Virus record (IMG/VR): IMGVR_UViG_3300038314_001498
From: an uncultured virus (IMG/VR IMGVR_UViG_3300038314_001498)
Taxonomy: Duplodnaviria; Heunggongvirae; Uroviricota; Caudoviricetes; Crassvirales
DNA length: 64,000 nucleotides
Strand: one strand, 5' to 3'
A model generated the notes under the pieces. It saw nothing but the letters and a program-made list of their open reading frames with translations. It was not told the DNA's origin and made no database searches. The position numbers and the translations under genes are program-made. Below are positions 48,792 to 59,537 of this stretch, piece after piece (within the stretch, counting starts at the first letter, position 1; the number at the start of each line of letters is the position of its first letter).

Positions 48792-50831
48792 TTATATTGT
48801 ATTTTGATAATAGACTTCTATCAAATTAACTGGAGAAGTTGTCCCATTACAAATTATTTTCTTATCCGCTTGATACCAAATTTGATTAATAGACAATGAG
48901 TATGGACTTGAATCTGAAACAGAAATAAAATCTAACTTTACACCATCAACATAAATGTCCAAAAATCTTGATGAAAGGTTGAAGCTTATTGTTTTTTCAC
49001 TTAACCCAAAATCAGAACCAACATCAAGTGTAGCTGCAACTTCGACTCCATTTATAAATAGTCTATATCTATTTGAAAAATCTTCAAACTGAACCCTTAC
49101 ATTTCCATTATTTACAAAATCAATACCAATTGAAACTCCATTGTCTGCTGGCAATATAGTTTGTTTTACAACACAAGACAAGATAAAAGGTGTTCTAAGA
49201 TCTAGGTTTGAGCTTATATAACCAGACCCTTGCGGCATATAAACACCGGCTGGAGAATCTTCGGGTATAAAACCTTGTCCAGAACCATTATCAAAACCAT
49301 TAATGTGGGCACCGTTAAAAACAGTACCCCCCAACAAAGAAAATGGTCTCAAACCTTCCTCTGAATATTGATTTTTAAATGACCTTTTTAGCTGATTGAA
49401 AGACCTTGTTAGAGATCCATCAGAGCTAATTAAACCAAAAGAATCTTGAAAGAAATTTGGATCTGAATTTTCATTAATATGTTGAAATAAAGACCAACAC
49501 ATTGCACCAGCCGCTTCATTTTGCTCTGAGTAAAATACACCCTCCTTTATCCCTCTTTCTTGAGAGTAACTAGTATGGGGTGTTAGTGGCCTTGAACCCT
49601 GAGGTCTATCAAACTGGCCATTTTCTGGAACAAAACTCTCTTCACCTGGTGATTGGTTTTCGTAATTAGAAGGAAAACCAAACTCAGTCATCATAATAGG
49701 CTTATTGTCAAAGTTATTTGCAACCATAAAATCCCACTGTCTTTTGTAAGTAACAAACTCAAAAGAACCATTATCGGCCCAGTAGTAACTATTAAAAACG
49801 GCCCAATCTGAAATTTCATATATCGACTGCATTCCTTCTGGCAATTCTGGAAACCTTAAGTTAAAATTAACGTGGTCAACAGCATTTATCAAATAAGGAA
49901 TGTTTGGTGCAGACTGTACAAATCTTTGCTTTGTTTTATACAAAAACCTTAAGACAGTGTTTACAGAGTCAGGATTTGACCAAGTTCCAAAACCATCAGG
50001 CTCATTGAAGGTTTTATGTAATATAATTGTATCACTAAAAGAATTAATTAAACCACACATCCAATCTATATGATCGTTAAATCTCCTGCTGTCAATGGAA
50101 TTATCATCATTTGAATCTACATAATTTTGCATTTCAGCAAGATTTAATGAACTAAGCTGTCCTTCATATCCAAAATTAGTTTGAGTAAATACTTTTATTC
50201 CCTTAGATTGGCATAAAGAAAGAAATTGGATTATAACATTATTTTTATCTTGATCAACAATGAAATTTGAATTAACTAACGGCTGAGTTCCAAAAGTAGT
50301 TAAGTTATATTGAATAACTATTCTTACTGTGTTTATATTGTTAGCAACCAAAAGATCTAAATCCTTTTCAACATCTAGCATTGTTAAACGCTGTGTTTCC
50401 GGTATATCTGTTCTTAAAAGTTCTGAAACCCAATCTGGATTTATTGCTTTTCTAGGATAATAAAAACCTCCAATTATTTTAAAATCTATTGGATTTGAAT
50501 TTAATATTCCTAAAGAATCTCTTTCCAATGTAACTTGGCTTGAGGAATCACCCCCTGCGTCGCTACCTCCCGACGCCGAACTAAAACCCGTGTTTTGTCT
50601 AAAAAAGTTATTTAAAACTGTTTCACTAGCAAAAGCACTTTCGCCACTATCTACTAAGTCATCAAACTTATATTTCTTAAAAAATGAAGAGTCTGATTTT
50701 AAACGTATTTTAACATAACCGTCTTGAACCTGACCTCTAATCTGCTCGCTTGGTTCAGATAGGTCTATTCTACCTGTTATAGCGTCTTCTACCACTAAGT
50801 AGTTATTCTGTATATAAATTTTTTGTGCCAT
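48792..50831 (-). CDS. tailspike with a clan GH-A (GH5-like) glycoside hydrolase domain
   Basis: INTVRI, FNEPD acid/base and MMTEFG nucleophile motifs after a virion anchor domain. Confidence 0.75.
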   Translation of the reverse strand: MAQKIYIQNNYLVVEDAITGRIDLSEPSEQIRGQVQDGYVKIRLKSDSSFFKKYKFDDLVDSGESAFASETVLNNFFRQNTGFSSASGGSDAGGDSSSQVTLERDSLGILNSNPIDFKIIGGFYYPRKAINPDWVSELLRTDIPETQRLTMLDVEKDLDLLVANNINTVRIVIQYNLTTFGTQPLVNSNFIVDQDKNNVIIQFLSLCQSKGIKVFTQTNFGYEGQLSSLNLAEMQNYVDSNDDNSIDSRRFNDHIDWMCGLINSFSDTIILHKTFNEPDGFGTWSNPDSVNTVLRFLYKTKQRFVQSAPNIPYLINAVDHVNFNLRFPELPEGMQSIYEISDWAVFNSYYWADNGSFEFVTYKRQWDFMVANNFDNKPIMMTEFGFPSNYENQSPGEESFVPENGQFDRPQGSRPLTPHTSYSQERGIKEGVFYSEQNEAAGAMCWSLFQHINENSDPNFFQDSFGLISSDGSLTRSFNQLKRSFKNQYSEEGLRPFSLLGGTVFNGAHINGFDNGSGQGFIPEDSPAGVYMPQGSGYISSNLDLRTPFILSCVVKQTILPADNGVSIGIDFVNNGNVRVQFEDFSNRYRLFINGVEVAATLDVGSDFGLSEKTISFNLSSRFLDIYVDGVKLDFISVSDSSPYSLSINQIWYQADKKIICNGTTSPVNLIEVYYQNTI

Positions 50832-50835
50832 GATA

Positions 50836-51687
50836 TTATATATTTCTAGATTTTAATCGCATTGTTCTTTCCACTTGTACCAAGTCAAAACTTAATCGGT
50901 CTAACTTAGCTTCGTGTTCTACAGTTTTCCAACGTCGTCTTGCTGACTCTACAACCCCTTGTGGAATATGACGTTTATCTCTTAAGCAGTGATAATTTAT
51001 GTATTCCTTTAGTGCTGTTGCACCTTGCTTATGCACTTTTATAACACCTTCGTTATACGTGTCCGGACTCAAACCATCACTAACATATTCTAAAACAATT
51101 TCTTGGTCTGCTAAATCCGAACTAAAAGCAATCTTACCATTTTGTCGGTCTATTGTGAATTCACCGTACTTACTTAATCTGCTTGTGTCTAAATTAGGAT
51201 TGCCATGGCAACTTTCTGTAAAACTGTATTTCTTATAAGGTTTGTTGTACACATTAGTAGCATCAGCTAATAAGATATATCCATCTTCATCAAAAAGAAT
51301 GTCGTAATTATGGTCTTGCAAATACCCATCTGCTATATTAATATTGGTATTAACGTTTAATGGTTGTAATCGGTAACTATTGGTTGCACTATCTTCTACA
51401 ACACGACTTACACGTACATAGTCTACATAATCGTGTGGTAAGGCAAAATATAAGGTTTCCGGTACCGTAATTTCAATAGCAAAGACATTATTAAAGACCT
51501 TTTTATTATAGTCTCTAATACCTTGTTTGGCGTAATTTAATATTGTAGAGCGTCTCGTGTTTTTAAGCCAGCTATCTGCATCAATCGTTCTTACCATAAA
51601 GTTGTCAATAATCTCTTTTAAAGTGAGATATTGGTAACTGCCGTGTAACGTCTCATCATCATGGTATTCAAAAGGTGTTAAGCTCAT
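50836..51687 (-). CDS. head-tail/tail ring structural protein
   Basis: LPHDYVDYVRVS, IVLEYVSDG; position in the module. Confidence 0.7.
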   Translation of the reverse strand: MSLTPFEYHDDETLHGSYQYLTLKEIIDNFMVRTIDADSWLKNTRRSTILNYAKQGIRDYNKKVFNNVFAIEITVPETLYFALPHDYVDYVRVSRVVEDSATNSYRLQPLNVNTNINIADGYLQDHNYDILFDEDGYILLADATNVYNKPYKKYSFTESCHGNPNLDTSRLSKYGEFTIDRQNGKIAFSSDLADQEIVLEYVSDGLSPDTYNEGVIKVHKQGATALKEYINYHCLRDKRHIPQGVVESARRRWKTVEHEAKLDRLSFDLVQVERTMRLKSRNI

Positions 51688-52376
51688 TATACAGCGTTAT
51701 TTTCGTTAAACTCTTGGTTCTCTATAGATTGGCTAATGGCCACAATATCTTGTTCTTTAAGGTTTATTCCAAAGCCTTTTAATACCGCTATAGTAATAAC
51801 AGCCTCTTCACTAGCATGTATATCTACATCTGAAAAATCGTTGGCACTTGGATTAAATTGTTCAACACCACTAACATCAACATAAGTCCATTTAGCACGT
51901 ATAGGATTTCTTAAATACGTTACAGTAACATTACCGGTAATACTGCTTGGTAGTATTTTTATAGTGTTACCTACTTTTAAACCTACTGGGTAAGTTTCAG
52001 TAGGGTTTTGGGTTTTTAAGATATTGTATTCTCTATTATTTCTACATAATTCAATAGCCTCACCATCGTACAACACAGTATCAAAATACCTTAAATCGCT
52101 TGGTAAATCAAAAACACCACCATTATAAGTTAATGTTGTGTCAGGCATAAGGTAATGTTGTATTTTTTGTTCCAGGTGATCTGCAGTATTAGTAACACCT
52201 ACATCTACTAAACCTCTATTTTGTCGGTTAAGCATACGATTAAACTCAAAAAACAAATCCTCATAACGTTCCATAACCTTGCTGTGTAGCATCGTGTCAA
52301 ACTTTTCTGGTGTAAAGTTTCCAATGTTATCCGTGTTTAGATACGTCTCTACGGTTTGTTTAATGCGGTCTATCAT
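51687..52376 (-). CDS. head-tail adaptor/ring structural protein
   Basis: FDLPSDL, VTYLRNP motifs; position in the module. Confidence 0.65.
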   Translation of the reverse strand: MIDRIKQTVETYLNTDNIGNFTPEKFDTMLHSKVMERYEDLFFEFNRMLNRQNRGLVDVGVTNTADHLEQKIQHYLMPDTTLTYNGGVFDLPSDLRYFDTVLYDGEAIELCRNNREYNILKTQNPTETYPVGLKVGNTIKILPSSITGNVTVTYLRNPIRAKWTYVDVSGVEQFNPSANDFSDVDIHASEEAVITIAVLKGFGINLKEQDIVAISQSIENQEFNENNAV

Positions 52377-52526
52377 AATTATTTACATAGATAAAAACTA
52401 TCACTTCAACAAATTTAATAAAAATAATCTATTGTAAATGATATATTTAAAATAAAAAAACCCTACCAATCAAGGAGGGCTTTTCGTTGCATGGGATTGC
52501 AAAACTACTCAAACGAATTTGGAGTA

Positions 52527-53477
52527 TCATTCCTCGCTTAGTCGGTTCTGTAACCAAACGAGATTGTTTTTCATGTTATTAGGCACGTCTTTTTTAAACT
52601 TTGCCTTGTAGGCGTCTCTGGCTTCTTGCAGTTCACTAAGTTCCTCACCATTATCAGTTTCATTTTTTAAGGCTGCTAATTGTGCTTGTAACTCAGCTAT
52701 CTTAGCATCCTTATCATCTTCTTGCTTTTGGGTTTCTGTAACTAAGCTTTCTACGCGATCACCAATAGATTGTAATACCTCTTGGCTTTCTTCGGTATTC
52801 TTGCTCAAGAAACGTCCAAGCTCTTCAATACCGTTTTCACCTTTGGCAAGTTTTATAATTACACCTTGACTGTCTTCCCAAATAACGGCTGTACGCTTAG
52901 TGTTTTCTCTTACTACACCTTTTACAAAGGCTAAACCAGCTAATAATTTAGCTTGGTAGTTACCTTGGTTAATAACATCTTTTATACGTGCAGGATTTGT
53001 GTCTGCCTCTTCTCTAAGTTGTAACTCACACTTAGTATCTTTCCAAGAAATAGCTTGTGGTCCAAATACTGCTAAGGCAATAGATTTTATATTATCCATA
53101 TCAGCATCATCAATTAACTTTCTTGCTTCTGATTTTGCACGTTGTACAGCTAATCGTTGTTCGTTTTCTAAGTCTTCTGACCACAACTTATAACGAGATC
53201 CGTACCAAGGGTGTTTTTGTAGGATCTCATTTTTTAACTTATCGTCCTTTCGTACCATAAGTTCACCTTTGCTAAACCAAATAGATTCTGGTTTAAGATC
53301 TCCTTTAATATCTTCAGCAAAAATAGTGTCAGTTCCAGGTACGTATTTTATACGTCTAAAACCTAAATCTTTCTTTTGTCCGTTTTCTTCAACAAACTTT
53401 TTTACAAAAGTCTCTTTTAACGGTAATTGCCAGCTTATTGGCTTTAAATTGTTTAATCTGTAAATATTGTATTCCAT
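52527..53477 (-). CDS. conserved protein downstream of the capsid gene
   Basis: 316 aa; position in the module. Confidence 0.55.
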   Translation of the reverse strand: MEYNIYRLNNLKPISWQLPLKETFVKKFVEENGQKKDLGFRRIKYVPGTDTIFAEDIKGDLKPESIWFSKGELMVRKDDKLKNEILQKHPWYGSRYKLWSEDLENEQRLAVQRAKSEARKLIDDADMDNIKSIALAVFGPQAISWKDTKCELQLREEADTNPARIKDVINQGNYQAKLLAGLAFVKGVVRENTKRTAVIWEDSQGVIIKLAKGENGIEELGRFLSKNTEESQEVLQSIGDRVESLVTETQKQEDDKDAKIAELQAQLAALKNETDNGEELSELQEARDAYKAKFKKDVPNNMKNNLVWLQNRLSEE

Positions 53478-53490
53478 TTTCGTTTTATTA

Positions 53491-53520
53491 AAAAAGGCGT
53501 AGCATTATACCACGCCTTTT
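53491..53520 (-). terminator. intrinsic terminator after the major capsid gene
   Basis: AAAAGGCGT...ACGCCTTTT hairpin. Confidence 0.7.
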
Positions 53521-53535
53521 GTGAGTAAATTATGA

Positions 53536-54909
53536 TTAGTCTCCAGTATAAATACCAGCTCCGCGTCTAAACACAAACCATTTGTTTGCACCAATAACTT
53601 GATTAGTCATTTCTGTTTTAACGTGCATTTCAAATGTGTCTTTTTTGTGATCTGTACCGTAAACACCACCAAAGAACTTAGTTTTCTTGTAACGATTAAT
53701 GCCACCCATTTGACGGTATCTAATAGTTAAATATGGTCTACTGTACTGATTTCCTTGCTCTAAAACGTTAGCTTCACCGTTAGGTATCATTAAACTTTGA
53801 ATTGAAGTATTCTTAAGGTTTTCTGCACCTAATAATTGTGGGTTATCTAAAGTTTTAAGCTCTGAAGTATGGAAAGTAATTCCATCAATATATACAGATT
53901 TAAAACCTAAACTTAATGCCATTTCTGGTTTGTTTTGGAATGTTCCATAAAAAGAACCGGTAGCATAATGAGCGTTAACACCACTTAGCATATTTCTAAA
54001 TGCAGCTAATTGTGTATGGTCAGTCCACCAGTTGTATTCCATAGCACCACCTTGTTGCTTAATTCTAAAAGCAATATCAGATAGTTCCTCAATATCAGTA
54101 ATAGTTTCAGTACCAATATTACCACGTTCTTCAACTTGTTGTACAATACCTTTCATACCTCTTTGGTATCCAGCAGCTACAGCATCAGAAGATGAACCTG
54201 CTCGTCTGTGTAACAAGTGTGTTAATTCAATAAGGTTGTCATAAGCATCCTCAGTTCTGGCAAGTTCAATATTAAACCAACCTTCACCACCTGGATATTG
54301 AGGTGCTTTAACCCATACATGGTGAGCCATATCAGATTCATTCTCAGAATAGAAATCTTTTATGATTTGTGGATAGTTAGAAATAAATTCTGGGTTATCC
54401 TCTCTACCTTGTGTAAAATTTTCTTCACCTTTACCCCAAATGTTACCAGTTTTAATAAAGCTTAAACCTGTTGTGCCTACTGTGTAACCTGCATCTTCAG
54501 CAGATAAAGCCACAAATACAGTGGAAGATGTAATTTCATCAACAATAGCTATATTTTCAATAGTACCGTTAGAAATTAAAATTTCTTCACCAACTCTAAG
54601 GTTATGATTACTTGCTGTTGTAAATGAGTTTGTTGCTCTGGCAACACCAGTAAATGCTTCATGTAAATCACCAAGTTCTGCATGTCTTACTTCATCTGAA
54701 GCAAAAGGTAATAAGCTTCCTGTAATAGAACAGAATGGTAATAATTTACCCTTACCTTTTTGCAAATGGACTTCACCAAGTAAGTCTGGCTCATATTGCA
54801 TAGCGTAAGTGTACGGATCGATATAATTGGCTGCTGTAGCCAACTGTCCGCTAGGCGAGGTTAATGACCCTGTGCCTAGGATATTGTTGTCTTTTAATGT
54901 AAAAGCCAT
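53536..54909 (-). CDS. major capsid protein
   Basis: 457 aa after the scaffold, followed by a terminator; N.PQIIKD and GMKGI..VEERGN patterns. Confidence 0.8.
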   Translation of the reverse strand: MAFTLKDNNILGTGSLTSPSGQLATAANYIDPYTYAMQYEPDLLGEVHLQKGKGKLLPFCSITGSLLPFASDEVRHAELGDLHEAFTGVARATNSFTTASNHNLRVGEEILISNGTIENIAIVDEITSSTVFVALSAEDAGYTVGTTGLSFIKTGNIWGKGEENFTQGREDNPEFISNYPQIIKDFYSENESDMAHHVWVKAPQYPGGEGWFNIELARTEDAYDNLIELTHLLHRRAGSSSDAVAAGYQRGMKGIVQQVEERGNIGTETITDIEELSDIAFRIKQQGGAMEYNWWTDHTQLAAFRNMLSGVNAHYATGSFYGTFQNKPEMALSLGFKSVYIDGITFHTSELKTLDNPQLLGAENLKNTSIQSLMIPNGEANVLEQGNQYSRPYLTIRYRQMGGINRYKKTKFFGGVYGTDHKKDTFEMHVKTEMTNQVIGANKWFVFRRGAGIYTGD

Positions 54910-54927
54910 GTTAGTTTGTTTTTAAGA

Positions 54928-56139
54928 TTAAATATTAACTTTAACCCCAAAACTCTTTTGTTGTCCTGCAACTATCCCATCGGTAATTGTTCCATAACCT
55001 TCTTCATTTTTAGGCGTTCTAACTGGTGGTGTGCGTCTAAAATTCTCATTGTTATCCGCAGCAGATAATTCGGCAATAACCTCGGCTCTTGCTTGTTGCA
55101 TTGCTGCAGAAATTACCTTTTTTTGGTTAGCTTCATCACCCCACCACAACCCTTTAACTAATCGGCTATGGTCAAAACCATCTTCGGTTTTATAACGTCT
55201 CTCTAACATGGCATCAATATCCGATCCGTCTGATAACATACTATGCTTATCTTGCTCAGAATAATCATACTTAAAGTTAGTGGTACGTTTTTCACCATTA
55301 TCGTTAAACTCAATTACAAACTCAGAAGGTGCAGCACTGCTCGCACCTTGCTTAATAGCGTTTAAATAATCGGTCTTAACTTGCGTAAGTTCTTGTTGGT
55401 AAGCTTCTTTAGTTAACTGTCTACCGTCTGGTAAGGTTAACAAATTAGCATTACCTTGTTGCTTTGCACGCGCTTCATCGCTCAATGGCTTCATGTATTC
55501 TTCTTGCTGTGCAAATAGTTGATCCTTAAATGGCTTAACAAAACCATTCAATTCTATTTTATCTGGACCAGATAATTCGTCGTCACTAAAATCTATTCCC
55601 AGTTTCTTTTCTAAATACTCTTGCGCCTCTTTGGTGCTTAAAGTTGCCATACCTGTGTCTTGTCGTACACGTTGTACAGCTAAGTCCATAGCAGACAAAC
55701 TATTAATGTCTTGTTGTACAAAATCCCATTCCTTACGTCCTAATCCTGTATCGCGTTTAAACTTAAAATACGCTTCTTCGGACTCATCAATAACATCTTC
55801 ATAAGGATTAACAACTTTTTCAACTTCCTTAATAGTTGGTTCAGGTGTTTTTAAAAATGCATCTAAGCCATTAAACTCTTTATCTTGAAAGTACTTACTT
55901 TTTAAATAAGCTTCTACTTGTGCATCGTCAAGCTCAATTGGCTTTGGTGCGTCAGTAGCTTTTGGTTGCTCTGGCTTTGGATTTTGTGGTTTCGGTTGTT
56001 CTACAGGTGGTGTTGGCGGTGTTTCAACTTTTGGTTGTTCTGTTGGTTTAGCCGTCTCTTTTACCTCTGGTTGTTGTACTGGAGATAAACTTTCTTCTTG
56101 ACCTGCTTTACTAAAATCTGCTTTAATCCCGAATGCCAT
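54928..56139 (-). CDS. capsid scaffolding protein
   Basis: Acidic, Pro/Glu-rich N-terminus; lies between portal and capsid. Confidence 0.7.
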   Translation of the reverse strand: MAFGIKADFSKAGQEESLSPVQQPEVKETAKPTEQPKVETPPTPPVEQPKPQNPKPEQPKATDAPKPIELDDAQVEAYLKSKYFQDKEFNGLDAFLKTPEPTIKEVEKVVNPYEDVIDESEEAYFKFKRDTGLGRKEWDFVQQDINSLSAMDLAVQRVRQDTGMATLSTKEAQEYLEKKLGIDFSDDELSGPDKIELNGFVKPFKDQLFAQQEEYMKPLSDEARAKQQGNANLLTLPDGRQLTKEAYQQELTQVKTDYLNAIKQGASSAAPSEFVIEFNDNGEKRTTNFKYDYSEQDKHSMLSDGSDIDAMLERRYKTEDGFDHSRLVKGLWWGDEANQKKVISAAMQQARAEVIAELSAADNNENFRRTPPVRTPKNEEGYGTITDGIVAGQQKSFGVKVNI

Positions 56140-56474
56140 TATTTAAAATATTAATAGTTTTTACCAAAAGTATAGATAAAAACTATTAATAACAAAATAT
56201 TTATACTAAAAATATGATTTAGTAGGATTTTTAATAGGTGTAATACTCTATAAAGTGCATTAAAACGCACCTTATATCATGTTGTAACCCATTTAGCAGT
56301 ACGTGGGAAGTGGAAAGAAAAAGCAAGAGGGTGGAAAGAATATTATTAGTGGATGACTAATGACCGCCAAGGTAGTTTTAGTCGGTGTAATGAGCAGTGC
56401 TATTATGCCCTTGATGAAACTAATAATACTCTGAAATCCTCTTGCTTAATATGTAAAGAACTAAATAAAAATGT

Positions 56475-56819
56475 ATGACAAATAAAGAACTTTTAGATAA
56501 TAGTGAATTAAAGACCAATTATAAAGTATTAAAGTCAAATGCAAGAACTTTAATTTTATTCCCAATAGTTAGTTTAAATAAAAAACTAATGGCTATTAGC
56601 ATTTTTAATGACGGACCGAAAAGAACTGAATATGAGTTGTCAGAAAACAACAATGGCGAATTAATATTCACTAATCTTTTGACTTCTCAGGTAAATGTTT
56701 TTGACATAACTGAATTAAATCTCGGTAAAATTCATTTTCGTTATGAAAATGGTCTTTGTGAGACATTTGAAGTGAAAGACCTAAAACAGTCAAGTGATTT
56801 GCAACAGTACTTGGTTTAA
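56475..56819 (+). CDS. hypothetical protein in the orphan cassette
   Basis: 114 aa ORF overlapping an antisense ORF. Confidence 0.45.
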   Translation: MTNKELLDNSELKTNYKVLKSNARTLILFPIVSLNKKLMAISIFNDGPKRTEYELSENNNGELIFTNLLTSQVNVFDITELNLGKIHFRYENGLCETFEVKDLKQSSDLQQYLV

Positions 56820-56970
56820 TAACCTCACCTTTTTCTTTAAGATTATTAAAAACATCTATTGAGGATTGAAATATCTCTTGAGGAGTGAAAAAAACATCCG
56901 AAATTAAATCAGAATTAATATCTTTAACATCTGACATAAAAAACGTGTTACAACAACGGCTATAAAGCAT
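56671..56970 (-). CDS. hypothetical protein in the orphan cassette, in frame across the crossover
   Basis: MLYSRCCNTFFMSD...; TGT-TGT junction frame as in the array. Confidence 0.45.
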   Translation of the reverse strand: MLYSRCCNTFFMSDVKDINSDLISDVFFTPQEIFQSSIDVFNNLKEKGEVIKPSTVANHLTVLGLSLQMSHKDHFHNENEFYRDLIQLCQKHLPEKSKD

Positions 56971-57120
56971 TGCTAGTTAATTACTGTTTGCAATATTTTA
57001 CCTTAACCATTGTATGTCGTTGACCAAAATTTTAATCCCTAGCTACGCAACGACTTCATAGCCAAAAACGTTACACCAAAAATAATACTTTTTTATACTA
57101 ATTCCTAATAAATATGATTT

Positions 57121-59535
57121 TTAATTACCAAATATCCCTCTAAACAAATCCTCTTGCTCAAAATTTATAGGACCAGTATCATAATTACGTTGGGTAATCA
57201 TCTTGCTTTGCTGTGTACTCTGCTTATCTACACGTTGGTCTTTACGGTCTTCTAAATACTTTTTACCATCCATTTCCGCAATGCTTTTTAATTGTTCTAA
57301 AAAGACTTTTTCTTTAAACTCTCGTTCTTTTTCTGGTGCTTCTATTTGTTGCATGGCTTGTTTTTCTGCCAAGCGCAATTGTATAATCTTAGATTCTTTA
57401 TCTACTTCAATCTGCGCTTCTACCATAGCCGACTGTGTTTTGGCTTGGGTGGCTGCAATATTAGACTTACGATCTTCCTCTGCTTTTTGTTTAGCCAACT
57501 TCATTTGCTCTTCCATACGTCTTTGATTTATTTTCTTAGCCATATAGAATAAGTATTGTGTTGCTAGCTTGGTATTGGTCTTAGCAATCTGTTGTGCTTC
57601 GTTTTTAACTGCAATAGACTCTATATCATTACCATTGGTTTGTATGAATAATGATAGGTCTTCTCTAAATTCTTTGAGCTCTTGCTGTGTTGGTAGCATA
57701 TTTACGGTAAAACCAAAGTCGTGTAAGTGTCTGTCTTTCATCACTTCTAACACATCAATATTATGTTTACCTACGGCACGCTCATACATTTGCACAAGGT
57801 CTTTTGCACCTTCTTGTTTACTGCTAAATATTTGATGTAATCTTGTACTAATCAATTCAGCATGGGTTTTATTAAATGAAACACTGGTATCTACAATATG
57901 CTTGGTTGCTGTGTTACTCGCTAATTGTGCCATTTGGTTAACGCCTAACAACGCATCGTGTGGTAAACTACCATCTCGTGCCGGATTAATACCTGTGGTT
58001 TCTCTAATGAGTTCATAGTATTTAACCCATTGATTTAATAATGCGGCTAATGCAGAACCTTGTTGACTTCCAGATGGTCTTGCTGCTTGTACACGTTGTG
58101 TACCCATTTCACCTATATCAATGGTTTTCTCTATAATAACACCTTTAACGTTTAATAGGTTTAAGGTTTCTTGCCACATTTGTTGTTTTTTACCACTACC
58201 AGATAAATCGGCTAAAGCGTCTTCATTAATAATGGTAAGGTCTGGCTTCAATTCAGCAGTTAAATGTTGCATTTTTAAGTGGATATACTGCAACTCTTGG
58301 TTTGGCACTTTAATATCATCCAAGAAACTATGCAATATATTCTTCTGAATATCGGTAGCCTTTACATTAAATGGTGCTAAGGCTTCATTGCGCTCATCTC
58401 TTATAATATTTTCACATTCTTTATAGTTATACACAAAATCACTGTCAATAATATAAGTGCCTTCCATCCAAGTGTCTTTTACATCTTGTACTTTACCGTA
58501 GTCACTGCGTTCTGGTGGATTGTAGTTTTCGTCTTTTTCAACAACTTTATAAAAAGTACCTTTCTTTTTGTAAGCTTTATAAACTCTGGTTTTAGTGGTT
58601 TTAAATGCAAAACGTAGCACATGGACTTTATGACCTAATAAATCTCTAAAATCGCAACTGTCATAATACACGTTTTTCGCTTTATTGAGATTAGCATAAG
58701 CCTTGGCAATCTCACGTAACTTTTTGTCATCAAAGTTACTTTCACGTTTTAGGTCGTCAATAGTAATAGTATCTACATAGCCATAGTAATATACATCACT
58801 AAAATCGTTTCTACTCGTATAACTGTGTACAAGGTATTCCGGATCTACATATTCAAAACTCACACCATTGTAAGGGTCGGTCCATACACGTTCTGCAGAA
58901 ATACCTATTTCTACCAAATCCTTATTCTTCTTTGCTTCGAGATAATCCTTTTTGTTAGTTTTGTCAATGTAGTCAATCATCAATTCCTCAGCAATCTCTA
59001 TTTTAGGACGGTCTTTTATTTCACTGTATAAGCGTAGTTCTTCTTCATCTTGTGGAATAAAGCCTTGCGGAATAAGATTAATACCTAACTGTTCCTTAAC
59101 TTTTTTAAGTAATGGCATAGAACGCATCGTGTTTCTGCGGTCTTCCATTTTCTTTTTCTTATTCATTAAAGATATACGGTCATTGGCTCTGATATCTAAA
59201 GCATAATTTTCATCACTAATACCATTATATACAATACGACAAAACTTACCTGGTATGTTAACAGGTTTCCACGTAAGGTTTAGATAATCTAAATCACCTG
59301 TTTGTCTGGCCATGTGTTTTTTATAGTCATCGGTATTTTGCATACCTCTAACTAATAAGCGGTTGTCTATGATGTATTGCGAACGACTGGCATACTCACA
59401 ATTAGCAGAATTAATCATACCACCATTAAACCATTCTTTGGCAATAATGTGCTTGGCATAACTGGTGCCGTATTCAATAGATTGCTTCTCTTTCCAAGAA
59501 GCTAATGGATCTGGGTAAATGTTTTTCTGTGTCAT
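57121..59535 (-). CDS. portal protein
   Basis: 804 aa directly after the terminase; coiled C-terminus. Confidence 0.85.
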   Translation of the reverse strand: MTQKNIYPDPLASWKEKQSIEYGTSYAKHIIAKEWFNGGMINSANCEYASRSQYIIDNRLLVRGMQNTDDYKKHMARQTGDLDYLNLTWKPVNIPGKFCRIVYNGISDENYALDIRANDRISLMNKKKKMEDRRNTMRSMPLLKKVKEQLGINLIPQGFIPQDEEELRLYSEIKDRPKIEIAEELMIDYIDKTNKKDYLEAKKNKDLVEIGISAERVWTDPYNGVSFEYVDPEYLVHSYTSRNDFSDVYYYGYVDTITIDDLKRESNFDDKKLREIAKAYANLNKAKNVYYDSCDFRDLLGHKVHVLRFAFKTTKTRVYKAYKKKGTFYKVVEKDENYNPPERSDYGKVQDVKDTWMEGTYIIDSDFVYNYKECENIIRDERNEALAPFNVKATDIQKNILHSFLDDIKVPNQELQYIHLKMQHLTAELKPDLTIINEDALADLSGSGKKQQMWQETLNLLNVKGVIIEKTIDIGEMGTQRVQAARPSGSQQGSALAALLNQWVKYYELIRETTGINPARDGSLPHDALLGVNQMAQLASNTATKHIVDTSVSFNKTHAELISTRLHQIFSSKQEGAKDLVQMYERAVGKHNIDVLEVMKDRHLHDFGFTVNMLPTQQELKEFREDLSLFIQTNGNDIESIAVKNEAQQIAKTNTKLATQYLFYMAKKINQRRMEEQMKLAKQKAEEDRKSNIAATQAKTQSAMVEAQIEVDKESKIIQLRLAEKQAMQQIEAPEKEREFKEKVFLEQLKSIAEMDGKKYLEDRKDQRVDKQSTQQSKMITQRNYDTGPINFEQEDLFRGIFGN

Positions 59536-59537
59536 GG

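Larger units (their letters stand above)
56237..57077 (-). mobile_element. orphan integron-like unit between portal and scaffold
   Basis: attC-like 56952-57072, cassette GTTGTAAC...GTTACAAC 56281-56954, short degenerate stem 56242-56283. Confidence 0.75.

Noticed and set aside
44121..50831. Diversity-generating retroelement targeting tail genes
   Set aside because: No reverse transcriptase and no TR/VR pair seen in the window.
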